This document shows, piece after piece, positions 11,521 to 24,345 of a stretch of DNA of 64,000 bases (positions are counted from its first letter, which is position 1; each line of letters opens with the position of its first letter). The notes beneath the pieces are model-generated. The model was not told the origin of the DNA. It saw only the letters and a list, made by a program, of their open reading frames with translations, and ran no database searches. Origin of the DNA: Octopus vulgaris (Eukaryota); contig OX597821.1 in the NCBI GenBank assembly GCA_951406725.2, positions 43,214,001-43,278,000 of the forward strand, written 5' to 3'. Position numbers and translations under genes: made by a program.

Positions 11521-13298
11521 CTACAAAGACAATTGTGGATAATAAATATTTGGAATTTTTTTGTACAAGGAATATATGTTCTATCATAGTTAATGACTCT
11601 TTTAAAATTGGAAACTATTCAAATTTTATTACTTTTTTTTTAATACAATCTTTGATAATATTGACCAAAATGTCACAAAATGTAAAACATAAACAGAAAT
11701 AGTGTTTCTATATTTGAGTTCATTATATTTTCTGTTCTTCAGTTGTTTAGCATAGATAGAGCAAGCCAAAGGCATGGAAGGTGGGACATCACATCTTTTG
11801 TGTATCTAAGGCTAGGACTGCATTGTTCATAGCTTTTCAACAAAATAAGATGTGATTTGAGAGAGAGTTTATTGCTACTTCTGGCATGTTGAATAATCTC
11901 CTGCTTCTGTAGATCTGTACAGATATTTTTTACTTAGTGCTATTTCCAATATGAATTTAAGAACTCTCTAATGGAAACACTGGGAGGAATACATTCTTGA
12001 AATATTTGTAAAAGCCACAGAACTAAACAAACAACTTTGATGAAAATATATCTTACTTATTTGGGAGAAACTAAATTGTATAAAAGTTTTATCACATGAG
12101 AAAAAGACACACCAGTGAGCAACTTAGAGGACAAGAGTTCTGTTAATCCTTGTGAAGCAAAGCTATAAACTCTGTTCTGATTTTGTCTCAAGGTAAGTCT
12201 CCTTATTTTTTGCCTGTCTTGCTACTTTGGTCATTGGGAGGTACTGAACCTTTCAGTTACAATAAAACACACACAAATATAAATACATGCATATGTGCAT
12301 ACATTTGCCTGTCCTTTTTTTCCAAGCATCATTTTATGAATGAAAGCTCTACATGTTGCTAACATTTACCTACTTTTCAAGTCCAGAATAATCATTCCAG
12401 AGAGCAATTGGTTGTAATATCAACATCATCATTGTGTTCAAACTGTATTATAGAATATGAAGATTCCCCTCACATTTTCATGTCCACATACATAGACATA
12501 TATCACAAGCTTCCTGCAGTTTCTCTCAACAAAAAGAACTACGCACAAGCCATTGGGTAGCTCAAGGCTACACCAGAGAACATCCAAGGTACTATGCAGT
12601 AGCACTGAACCTGAAACCACGTGGTTGTGAGGCAAACTTTTCAGCCACAGCCATAGTGGTACAAAAACACACCAAGTATCATCATTGACCTGTGTTGGAT
12701 GAGTCATCACTATCTGTACTTCCTTCATAAACAGTTTGGCGATCACATCTCGTTCATGTACTGTTTTGATACGATTCCTATTACTGTATACTCTTCTTAA
12801 CATCACCCCTTTACAGAGAGCACTGGAAATATTTTACCAAGTACTAGAAGTAATGAGGTCGATTTAAATCTCAAATGACCAACAGAAGAGAGGACAACTG
12901 CATAAGATGAACTAAGATGAGAGAGACTGAAAGAAGAAAGAATATGAGGAAGGAAACAGAGATTGGAGTGACTGCATGGAAGAGGAAGGAGAGATGGGAT
13001 TATTTGAAGATGTACTTAAAGAGAGACATTAGTGTCAGTTTACAGTTTGGAGGGGGAAAGGAAACAGATTCTGATGGTGGGAAGTACTGAATATGGACAG
13101 ATCTAAAGTTTCCCATTGTAACATGAATGGTATAGTAGAGTGAATAGAAGAGAGGGTATCAAATAAACAAGAGGGGCAGCATAATGAGACTAGGTAAGAC
13201 AAAATGTGCAAAGGGCTCTCATCACTCTGTATTAGCGTATTTTTTTACCATGATGTATAGGAGGCTGGGTCTTCCCCAGCACTATGTATATATGTGTG

Positions 13299-13349
<51 letters not shown>

Positions 13350-14353
13350 ATATCTACATATTTATAAAATTAAGAAAGAGAGAAACAAATTTCAATATTC
13401 ATTCAATCCATTTCAAATTGTTGGAATTCTCCACAATATACATAGATACATTCGCATATATAAGATATGGTAAAAATTCATAAATATATAAAAATTAATA
13501 AACATAAATATATAGTTGTACTTGCAAGGTTGAATGTCTTTATTAGAATCAATGAGGTGGGGAAATGAGAAAGTTAGTATAAAATGATTTAAGAGGAATC
13601 CTGAAGTCTGACAGCTGTTTTGGGAAGATATAGGTTGGTATAGGTGAGCCTAACTCCAACTACAGCAATTATCTATATTTCTCTCATCAAAGTTAAAAGA
13701 TTCAAAGAGTTGTTAAAATTTTAAGAGACATGAAAGATTTCAGAATTAAAAAAAAAATGAATGCTTTGTTGGACCATCCTGTTCATGTGGATGATATAAT
13801 TAGAATTGAAGTTACATGTTAAGATACATTATGACACTATATATAATAATTACTCTAAAATGAATCCAAAATATGAAGGGTGATTAGATTAAGATTAGAT
13901 ATAGGGCACACACAAATTCATTTATCAATCATGAAACAAAAATTTCAACCACACCAGCTACCCACATCGTTAAATTAAAAATGTGTGATAAAGAATTCCG
14001 TCTAGATTGGTCTATCATAATGGAAACCACACCATATAATACACACACTAAAAATTGCAATTTATGCATGAAGGAGGCAATCCACATACTCCGTGCCAAC
14101 AAAAAAAAAAAATTTACTTAATAAGATATTGGAGGTCATAATTACTTTTAGACATAAATATCTTTCAACTTTTAAATTCTTCCCCAAAAATAATTAGTCT
14201 ATAGGATTTTAATCTAGTCAGACTTCATATTTCGGATTCATCTTAAAATATTATATATAGAGTCATAATGTATCTTAACAGGTAACTTTAATTCTAATTA
14301 TATCATTCGCACGAACAGTAAGGTCTGACAAAGCATTTAAAAAAAAAATTTTC

Positions 14354-15162
14354 AGGCGGAGGAGTGGCTGTGTGGTAAGTAACTTGTTTACCAACCACAT
14401 GGTTCCGGGTTCAGTCCCACTGCGTGACACCTTGGGCAAGTGTCTTCTACTATAGCCTCGGGTCAACCAAAGCCTTGTGAGTGGATTTGGTAGACGGAAA
14501 CTGAAAGAAGCCTGTCGTATATATGTATATATATATATATGCCAACCCCCTTGCTTGCGAAGACATGTTGGGGCAAGCGAAATCGAAATCGAATTGAACC
14601 AGCCAGGATCCCTGGTCTGGTGGTACGTAAAAAGCACCATCCGACTCGTGGCCGATGCCAGCACCGCCTCGTCTGGCTTCCGTGCCGGTGGCACATAAAA
14701 TACACCAATCCGACCGTGGCCGTTGCCAGCCTCGCCTGGCACCTGTGCAGGTGGCACGTAAAAAGCACCCACTACACTCACGGAGTGGTTGGCGTTAGGA
14801 AGGGCATCCAGCTGTAGAAACACTGCCAGATAAGACTGGAGCCTGGTGCAGCCTTTTGGCTTCCCAGATCCCCGGTCGAACCGTCCAACCCATGCTAGCA
14901 TGGAGAACGGACGTTAAACGATGATGATGATGATGATGATGATATATATATATATGCGTGTGTGTGTTTGTCCCCCTAGCATTGCTTGACAACCAATGCT
15001 GGTGTGTTTATGTCCCCGTTACTTAGCGGTTCGGCAAAAGAGACCGATAGAATAAGTACTGGGCTTACAAAAGAATAAGTCCCGGGGTTGAGTTGCTCGA
15101 TTAAAAAAAAAAAAGGTGGTGCTTCAGCATGGCCGCAGTCAAATGACTGAAACAAGTAAAAG
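14354..15162 (+). mobile_element. tRNA-derived SINE with a nested RTE 3' end (about 14541-14943)
   Basis: A/B-box-like head TGGCTGTGTGG / GGTTCAGTCCC; 3' end CAAATGACTGAAACAAGTAAAAG. The insert sits in the central (TA)n tract. Confidence 0.85.
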
Positions 15163-15369
15163 AGAGTGTGGAGTTTGTGTTTGTCCTCCACCACCACTTC
15201 ACCACTTGTATTGATTTATGTCTCTGTAACTTAACAGACTGATAAAAGAGACCAACAGAAAAGGTACTGGGGTCAATTTTTTCAACTAATGAGGTCTAAG
15301 GTAGTGCTCCAGCATGTCTGCAGTCGAATGACCGAAAACATGTGAAAAATATATAGATTCTACAGGTTC

Positions 15370-16150
15370 CACTCTGAGCACTCAGCAATTTTTTATTCAG
15401 AAACATCCCCCCTACACATCACATACCTCCAACTGTGCAGTAACCTCTCCTGCACATTACATCTGATTCCTCTTACATCTAATTTTTCTGTCAGCCCATT
15501 CATGCCCCACACTTCATACACACTAACATAGACATCCAGTAAAACATGCTGAGTTCACTGACACTTGAAGTCTTCACAAATACTCTGCTGCATTTGACCA
15601 AAGCCCACATCTTACTACCATGCAGCATTGCCCTTCATACACAAGCATCATACAAAATGCTTTTCATTCTGTGGGAGAAACCCTTTCCAGGCAAAGAAGT
15701 AATAGCTTCCTGAACTTTCTCCAGTATATTCTTATTCTGGTTAATATGCTTTTAGAACACTCATCTCTACTGATAATTTAGGTCAACTAAATAGGTGACC
15801 TAATTACCAATAGAAGTGGATGTTCTTGAGAGCCTTCCAAACATTTTAAGCATCCCTGGTGATTCCCAATGGAAGACAAGGTACCTTCCATGTCTTCATA
15901 TCCTAAATTGCACTTGAAACACAACAATTGTCAATGTGAATGGCAGAACCCTCAATGGAGGTATCTCCCTTGGTTAGACCCATGCATTCTCTTAATACAA
16001 CAATGAAGGTGTCTCAAAGCAACTTCTAATTGTCCTCTATTTTAAGAGTTTCTTTCTCCTTTGAAATGCTTCAGCTAGTATTTCCCTGAACTCACACATG
16101 TTCAGCTCTTTGCATTTTCAATCTCTTTACAATGTCATTAAGTGTAAGTG
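15370..16150 (-). mobile_element. Decayed RTE LINE fragment
   Basis: Minus strand gives LYDACV..AMLHGS, homologous to 36510-36560; many stops. Confidence 0.6.
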
Positions 16151-17561
16151 TGTTATTATTCTGTATGGACTTCTAACATCATGATTCCACCATCCCATAG
16201 CAAAACTGTTGTACTACACTTTGACAATTTTTGATATCTTGGTATCTGAAACAGCTGGAGATATGATAGTTTGACCAAAAGAACTGGCTATTGCAAGCAA
16301 AAATAAATACTGAAAAAAAAAACAAAAAAAAAAACGCCTTTGGCCTAATTTGGACATATGACATTATAACATATTAGCAACCATATATATATATATATGT
16401 ATATATATACATATACACACACATATGCACCTACCTCTGCTCTGTCAGCTCTACAATCTATTTGAACCTACTTTTTATTGAGTTAACATCAATTGTTGCA
16501 GCCCCCAAATTTTATACCTGACAGTAAGAGTGCTGAGTGGGTAGTATGTTCCAAAGGTTACAAAGATGTTGCAGCCCGGTACTTACCACTGGAAGTTTAT
16601 GATGTTTCAATAATCATTTAACAACTGTCCTAATGATCAAGGGATTGATGCTGTTTAGAAATACCAAGAACAAGCACAGTCTTGGCTTTTAAAATTTAAG
16701 AAATTCATTTAAAATACAAAAAAAAACTGTCAGTTACCTACACAAAAGTACATTAAATGTGTCAGCAGCTGCAGTGTAGACACTAATGACATCAGTTATT
16801 TTACAAGAACAAACAGGTTATCAGGTATAATTTTACAGTTACAAGAGATAAAGATACTGATTGACTTACGGTATGTGTAATATTATAGGGTAATGTGTTA
16901 GAAGTCATTGTACAAAGTACAGGTTAAGCTTTTTCTTTCATTTGTGAACTCTTGCTTGCTTCACAAGGACTGTGTTTGGATTATAAAGACGAGATTTTTT
17001 GATCTCATCTCTTCTACAGTACAGTAATTAATTTTGTTTGCACTTGTATACATGTTTCATTAACATTTGGGTGCTAACAGTTATATGTTAACACTGAATA
17101 TGTTTATTACAGAAACATACTACAGATGCACATACATCATCATTTAATGCTCATTTCTGATCTATGTAAGCATGGGTCAGATGGAATTTGTTGAGGCAGA
17201 TTTTCTACAACCCTCATCCATTTCCAAGCGAGGTACTGTTTTTCCCATAGCATGGAAGACTGGAAACGAACCACCTTGGTTGTATGATGATGCTCATTTA
17301 CAACTATTATGTAATGTCTAGACAAAGGCACACACATACATATATGATGAGCTTCTTTCAGTTTCCATCAATCAATTTTACTCACAAGGTATTTGTTAAC
17401 TTGAAGCTATAATAGAAGATACCTGCTCCCACTGACACACAGCACGAATGAACCAAAAATCATGTGGTTATATAGCAAACTCCTTTACAACTATTACATA
17501 CATAAATATGCATACACACACATATTGTAAGTATATATACATATATATGGATGTAAAACTA

Positions 17562-18369
17562 CAGGGTGTTCAGGCTAAATTTGATAATATTTTATGTTCA
17601 CCAATACTTGATGTACTGGTGAACAGTCGAAGTGTTTGAGAGCATAAAGATTAAAGTTGTAGTTGAGAAAAAGTTAGCTGACATGGAGGACTGGAAGCCA
17701 TCTGAATATTGGAAAAGAGTTACCTGTGTCATGATGGTTTGTGCTGGGTAACAAAATGCCAACATCATGACTGTTGCTCAATGCTCTGTGAACACTGTAA
17801 AGGCTGTAAGACATGACATGGGCAGCTGCAACAGAGACTATGAAGCTGTGGCCAGCAGGAAGGGGCACAGCAGGCGTTGACTGCATCTCTACATCTTTGG
17901 ACAAGACCTTCGGGTCAATTCATATGGCTATGTGAAGCTGCTGTAGACTGTGGTCAAACCCTGGTTGTTGAGCGTTGCTGTTAGAAGGCCATATGCGTGC
18001 CAGCAGGATTTGGCTCCTAGCCATACTGCCAAAAGAGTCAGAAGTGGTTATTGGAGAATTTCTGGCCTCTTAATTATCCCAATTGTAAATCCATGGATTA
18101 CTATGGGTAGGGTGTGGTTGAGCTGGTGGCCAAGATCAAGGAGGTGTTTGAAGATCTTCTCAGAACACAGTGAAGAACACATGTACCAGGTTCTGGAGTA
18201 GTCTTGAGGCTATGGTGAGAGCTGAGGGTGGCTACTTGGAGTAAATTGTTATCTCCCAGCCATAATCTAGTTAATATTTTTTGATTTTTTAAAATACTTT
18301 TACTTTTGCATGGGATATTTTATTTTATTTTCCTTTTATGCAAACTGTCAAATTTTACCTGTTTCTCTG
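17562..18369 (+). mobile_element. Internally deleted maT-like Tc1/mariner element
   Basis: TA-CAGGGTGTTCAGGCTAAATTTGA start with a degenerate inverse at about 18345-18369. QQDLAPSHTAK transposase remnant. Confidence 0.65.
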
Positions 18370-18669
18370 CAGACTGAAAAAACTGCTCGATTTTCAACCC
18401 TTATTGCAGTTTCATCAGATCATTTGACCAATCCCGAAGAAACAAGTAGCAAATCCATTTATATACACACACACACATATAGGTGGATGCATGTATGTAT
18501 AAAGAAGTTTGCTATGCCACCATATGGTTTTGGGTTCAGTCCCACTACATAGCAATGTAGGCAGGCATCTTCTATTGTAGCCCCTGGCTGACCAATGCTG
18601 TGTGAGTAGTAAAAAGAAACTGTAGGAAGCCAATTGTGTGTGTGTGTATACATATATATATATATATAT

Positions 18670-18863
18670 AGTTAATCCAAACAAGAAAGCACAAAAAAAC
18701 ACAACAACGTGAGGACGTGGAACAAATATAGTATTATTGAACACCCAGGAAGGAAGGAGGGTTTAACGTTTCAAGCGGAGCTCTTCGTCGGAAACATAGA
18801 TGGAAAGATCCAGAGAAGGGAAGACAGAGGAAAAAAAATCGCCAACGGTACACACGCGGTCTC
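18670..18863 (-). mobile_element. Short Penelope-like repeat carrying a minimal hammerhead-like motif
   Basis: Near-identical to 23500-23702 and flanked by (TA)n; motif at 18765-18791. Confidence 0.6.
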
Positions 18864-18878
18864 ATATATATATATATA

Positions 18879-19300
18879 TATATATTTAGTGAGGGAAGAA
18901 ATGGAGCTGAATGAAGATTTTACAAAATTCCTTTTTATTATTTTCTACACATGTTTCAAAGGCTGCAAATTCCCTACTTCGGATTGAATAAGGAGACCAT
19001 TTTGCAGCCTTCTCTTCAGGAAAATCCAGGAACTTAAATCTCCAAACAAATGCGCAGCAAGCTTTTCGAACAAACGCTCCCTAGGAGCCCATGTAGAAAA
19101 TAATAAAAAGGAATTTTGTAAAATCTTCGTTCAGCTCCATTTCTTCCCTCACTAAATATATAAAACTTCAATTATCCGCACTAAGGCACGGTTGCGATAC
19201 CCCATGGTCGTAACCTCAACCGTGATTTTTCTGTTGTGATTTTTGCTACCCAGGTATCGGTTATAATTTGAATAATCCGTAACAAGATAATTCATTTATC
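18879..19300. mobile_element. Penelope-like element with ~70-bp inverted arms (18879-18949 / 19092-19162)
   Basis: TATATTTAGTGAGGGAAG...TTTTCTACA is mirrored by TGTAGAAAA...CTTCCCTCACTAAATATA, and the element contains the hammerhead motif. The Penelope assignment is inferred from this architecture. Confidence 0.6.
18940..19025 (-). ncRNA. Type I hammerhead ribozyme-like motif inside a Penelope-like inverted-repeat element
   Basis: The minus strand reads AUUUUC-CUGAAGA-GAAGGCUGCAAA-(31 nt)-UUUGCAGCCUUU-GAA-ACA-UG-UGU-A^GAAAAU. That gives a 6-bp stem I, intact CUGANGA and GAAA core, 12-bp stem II, 3-bp stem III and a GUA cleavage triplet. Confidence 0.72.
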
Positions 19301-19440
19301 CATAGACATGCACTTACAGATACACATACATATTAGGCCTAGACAGTATGTTTAGATTTCTAGCTGATTATGTAAGAAAATCCATCAACACAAGTCATTG
19401 TAAAAAGAAGACAAAACAATTTTAAAAATCTGTTACTTAC

Positions 19441-19476
19441 AGCAAATGCTGCTACCAGAGTCAGTATAAACATTAG
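19441..19476 (-). CDS. SFT2D1: SFT2 36-nt exon: LMFILTLVAAFA
   Basis: TTTTCTTTTTCAG acceptor and GTAAGT donor, phase 0-0. Hydrophobic segment at the expected position. Confidence 0.9.
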
Positions 19477-20252
19477 CTGAAAAAGAAAAGTACTTTTGTT
19501 TTAACAATGAAAAACAAGGGAGAAGTATATTGATTTGAAGTAACACCCCAATATATTACCAACTCTAGCTACACAGGTAGGACAAAACTAATATGTTGAT
19601 GGTAATGTATTCAGACTTTTTTTTTGCATTGAGGAACAGACCAACTTTGGTTGCAGCATTCTCAAGAGATGTTCACAAGTGTTGTGTATGACTCAGTTGA
19701 TGAGCTGTGAGAGAGCAAGATCATTAGCATAGCCACGGTCAGAGAGATACAGGCTTTGCTTATGATTCATAGTAAGGGCTTTGTCATGGATAGTGTCAAG
19801 ACTCCACCTAATGAAGTAATCCACCACAATCATGAAATAAAAAGGAGTTAAGGTGTCTCACAGAAGACTATTGTTGTTGGAAACTCTTTATTTGGTCTGT
19901 CTGTGCTTTGCACAAGGTTTGATGGGTTTTCATACATGATAGTAATCTCATATTGGATATTAAGTTCAAATAGGATATGTAACTTGGACCTTTAGTTGAC
20001 ATTAAATCCACAAATATAATCAATGCCTCTTACTGGTAGATTCTGAGCTTTTCTTTAAGGGCAAAGATTTGTGGCAGTAATCATCTGTCTTTGTAGAAGC
20101 TGTTTTGATTCCAACTGAGGTTGGGATCAATATGAGGGGCAATTCTATTAAGGATTGCTTTCCCAGTGACTTATAGTGTAGGCGAAACCACTGCCTTGAA
20201 TCTAGATGCTAAATGCCTTGTTTCAGTACTTTACAGCTGGTAATACCAAGTT

Positions 20253-20597
20253 ATGCAACACAAAACTGAAGACAATCTTTTCTTCAACCACAAAGTAGCA
20301 GATAGTCTGCCAATCCAGATTCACCCATTTACAATAGAAGAGACTAAAAAATGCCTAAAAAAAGTAAAGAAACAAGACATGATACAAAATCCAGATAACA
20401 TTCCAGCCATTATTTGGAAGAGCCCACTCTTCTACAAACATCAGTTAGATTTCTGTCATGAGACTGTTAAAGCAAACAAACCAACAGCCTTCTGGCAGAC
20501 TTCAATCATTCTACTTTCAAAAGGCAATTTTCACTCATCTCAGAACTATAGGGGAATTACACTCTCATCCCTAAAATCTACAACTCTATACTCCTAG
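20253..20597 (+). mobile_element. Non-LTR retrotransposon RT fragment
   Basis: PDNIPAIIWK...IILLSKG...NYRGITLS, the start of an RT domain. Confidence 0.75.
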
Positions 20598-20842
20598 TGA
20601 TTTAAAGGAAATTTAGTTGCTAATTCTAGCAAGTCAAATGACTACATAGAAGCACTTTCTAAGTAGGTACTGCAGATGCTAATAAAGTTATTGACTGTCA
20701 GTGATACATTCAGTTTTTCCCCACAGGGAAAATAACTTACAAGAGCATAGGACCTTATTCAGGTGGTAGTAAAATATTATATGTCATGTACATAATGTTA
20801 GTCATTGGAACTGATGACTGATCTTTCTGCAAAGGTGTTCGT

Positions 20843-21216
20843 TCTTTTATTTGTTTCAGTCATCTGACTGTGGCCATGCTGGAGCACTGCCTTTAGTCGA
20901 ACAAATTGACTCCAGGACTTATTCTTTGAAAGCCTACTACTTATTCTATTGGTCTCTTTTGCCAAACCGCTAAGTTATGGGGATGTAAACACACCAGCAT
21001 CGGTTGTCAAGCAATGGTGGGGGGACAAACACACACAGAAACATACACACACATGATGGGCTTCTTTCAGTTTCCATCTACCAAATCCATTCACAAGGCT
21101 TTGGTCGGCCTAAGGCTTTAGCAGAACAGACTTGTCCAAGATACCACACAGTGGAACTGAACCTGAAACCATGTGGTTCGTAAGCAAGTTACTTACCATA
21201 CAGCCACTCCTGCACT
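20843..21216 (-). mobile_element. Full-length tRNA-derived SINE
   Basis: Reverse complement of the 14354/14956 family over its whole length. Confidence 0.85.
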
Positions 21217-21589
21217 TACTATTTATAGTTCGTGTACTTAATGTTACAGTCACTGGAACTGGTGACTGATCTTATAGATATTTCTGCTTTAGAAAGGGGT
21301 TAGCAAATTATCATCACCATCACCCCTGTTATAATGTCTACTTTTCCATGCTTACATGGGGGGAGGTGAGACTACATCAAGGCAGAATTTTTTTGCAACT
21401 GGATGCTGTTCCTGATGCCAACTCTCACCTGTTTCCATGCAACATAAAATCCCCCATTCTATGAAAAACGAATGACCTGGACTTGGTTGTGCAGAGGAAT
21501 GCAAACAAGCAACAGCATTTGTATCATCAATGAGGTTTTCGTTTACATCAGTGTGCAAGCATGTCAAGATGAAGGGAAATACAAATTCA

Positions 21590-21979
21590 CTCGAGCCCTG
21601 TGCTAGTAGGGTTTTAAGAGCACCATCCGAGCGTGATCGTTGCCAGAGTGGCTATCTGGCCTCCGTGCCGGTGGCACGTAAAAAACACCATTCGAGCGTG
21701 ATCGTTACCAGCATCGCCTTACTGGCACCCGCGCTGGTGGCATGTGTAAAAGATTTGAGCGAGGTCATTGCCAGTGCTGCCTGACTGGCTCCGTGCCGAT
21801 AGCACGTAAAAGCACCCACTACACGCTCAGAGTGGTTGGCATTAGGAAGGGCATCCAGCTGTAGAAACTCTGCCAGATCAAGATTGAAGCCTGGTGCAGC
21901 TATCTGGTTCGCCAGCCCTCAGTCATACGTCCAACCCATGCTAGCATGGAAAGCGGACGTTAAACAATGATGATGATGA
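21590..21979 (+). mobile_element. RTE 3' end with (GAT)n tail
   Basis: Shared AGTGGTTGGC.TTAGGAAGGGCATCCAGC and CCAACCCATGCTAGCATGG tail. Confidence 0.8.
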
Positions 21980-22863
21980 ACTCACTCACACAGACACACG
22001 TGACAAGCTTCATCAGTTTCCATTAAATAACTTCACACACAAGGTATTGGTCAACCTGCAGCTATTGTAGAAGATACCAGCTGACTGTGTCCACACAATG
22101 GGACCAAACGTCTAATCCTAAGGTTCTAAAGTGAGTCACACACACACACACATATGGGAATTGTAAAGTTTTAATGAAAACTATATGTTTCCATTAAAAT
22201 ATTGGAGTAAATCACAGAGAAAGAGGAACATAGAACAATTATATTTTCCTTTTCTTTTCATTTGTTTTTACACCCATTTTTTCCATGGCGTCAACAGGTT
22301 AGATGAATGTAGTGAGGCATTGTTTTGCAGTTGAATGCCCTTCCTGTCACTAACCCTTACCTGTCCTTCTTATTGTCTGTCTTTAATGGTGCAAAACTAG
22401 CAGGCTATTTGTTGACAGGGGAAATGACAATAGCACAGCATCACCACTTGCAACTCAGAGATTTTTAGCCACATACACGGCTCTTGTATACTTTGTTCTA
22501 CGAAAACATAAGTTATATTAGAAGTGTATAATGTCATCTATTATACAAATATATATATATGTATGTATGTATGTATATATATCTATATATTATACACACA
22601 CACACATATATAGGGAACGGTATCCAGTTATAGAAATCATGCTAAAGTAGACAGTAGAGCTTGGTACAGTCTTCTAACTTGCCAGCTCCTGTTAAACTAT
22701 CTATGGTCAATGTTAGGAAGGGCATCCTACTGTAAAAACCTTGCCAAAACAGACAGTAGAGCTTGGCACAGTCCTCTCATTTGCCAGCTCCTCTCAATCC
22801 ACCCAACCCATGTCAGCATAGAAGCCGGATGTAAAATGATGTTGATGATGACAATTCATTATA

Positions 22864-23214
22864 TGCCAGCGCCGCCCCGTCTGGCCTCTGTGCTGGTGGC
22901 ACGTAAAATGCACCATCCGATTGTGGCCGTTGCCAGCCTTGTCTGGCCCGTGTGCCGGTGGCACGCAAAAAGCACCATCCGATTGTGGCCATTTGCCAGC
23001 CTCGTCTGGCACCTGTGCCGGTGGCACGTAAAAAGCACCCACTACACTCACGGAGTAGTTGGCGTTAGGAAGGGCATCCAGCCGTAGAAACACTGCCAGA
23101 TCAGACTGGGCCTGGTGCAGCCTTCTGGCTTCCCAGACCCCAGTTGAACCGTCCAACCCATGCTAGCATGGAAAACGGATGTTAAACGATGATGATGATG
23201 ATGATGATGATGAT
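22864..23214 (+). mobile_element. RTE 3' end with (GAT)n tail and ~60-bp repeats
   Basis: Highly similar to the 1522-1863 and 14541-14943 copies. Confidence 0.82.
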
Positions 23215-23237
23215 AGCTATTTATTTGTTCCACTTTA

Positions 23238-23702
<465 letters not shown>

Positions 23703-23797
23703 TTGAAATTAAATTTTCTTATAAAGTAGGTTTTTAAATATACTTCACAATATATGGACTGTATTAAGAAGTGCTCATTGTGAGCTAAATCGAAGGG

Positions 23798-24345
23798 TAA
23801 GAGAAATATATAGAAGGAACACATCTAGGCAGCCAATACAAATTCCAAAGCACACAAAGAAATATACATATGAATTTATATAAATAAATGAATAAAATTA
23901 CATGTAAAAGTTATAAGTGAAAACTATGCACCATGTACATTGGGTTCACATACCGAATGGAGAAGGGACAAATATAGAGATAAAAATCGAAGAAAAATTC
24001 AGAGGTAAATAAATATACAACTTTGTGGTTAAAGGATATCATCTACAGCCATTTCAGGGGTACATTAAATGTATAAATGGCATTTTAGATGTTCTATATA
24101 CAAAAACATAATGTCCTCCTCAACAGGATGGTTTCCTTCATGATGAAATCCTATATGATAATAATTTGATAGGTTAATCTATCAATCTACATGATTAATT
24201 TGATAGATTACTCTATCAATTATCATGGAATTTTATTAATTTATTTACATAAATTTATATGTATATTTATTTCTTGGCGTGCTTTAAATTATGCTTTGGA
24301 ATTTGTATGGGTTGCCTAGATGTGTTCCTTCTGTAATTTCTCTTA
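23798..24345. mobile_element. Penelope-like element with ~100-bp imperfect inverted arms
   Basis: AGAAGGAACACATCTAGGCAGCCAATACAAATTCCAAAGCA is mirrored at about 24291-24331; degenerate hammerhead at 24040-24130. Confidence 0.55.
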
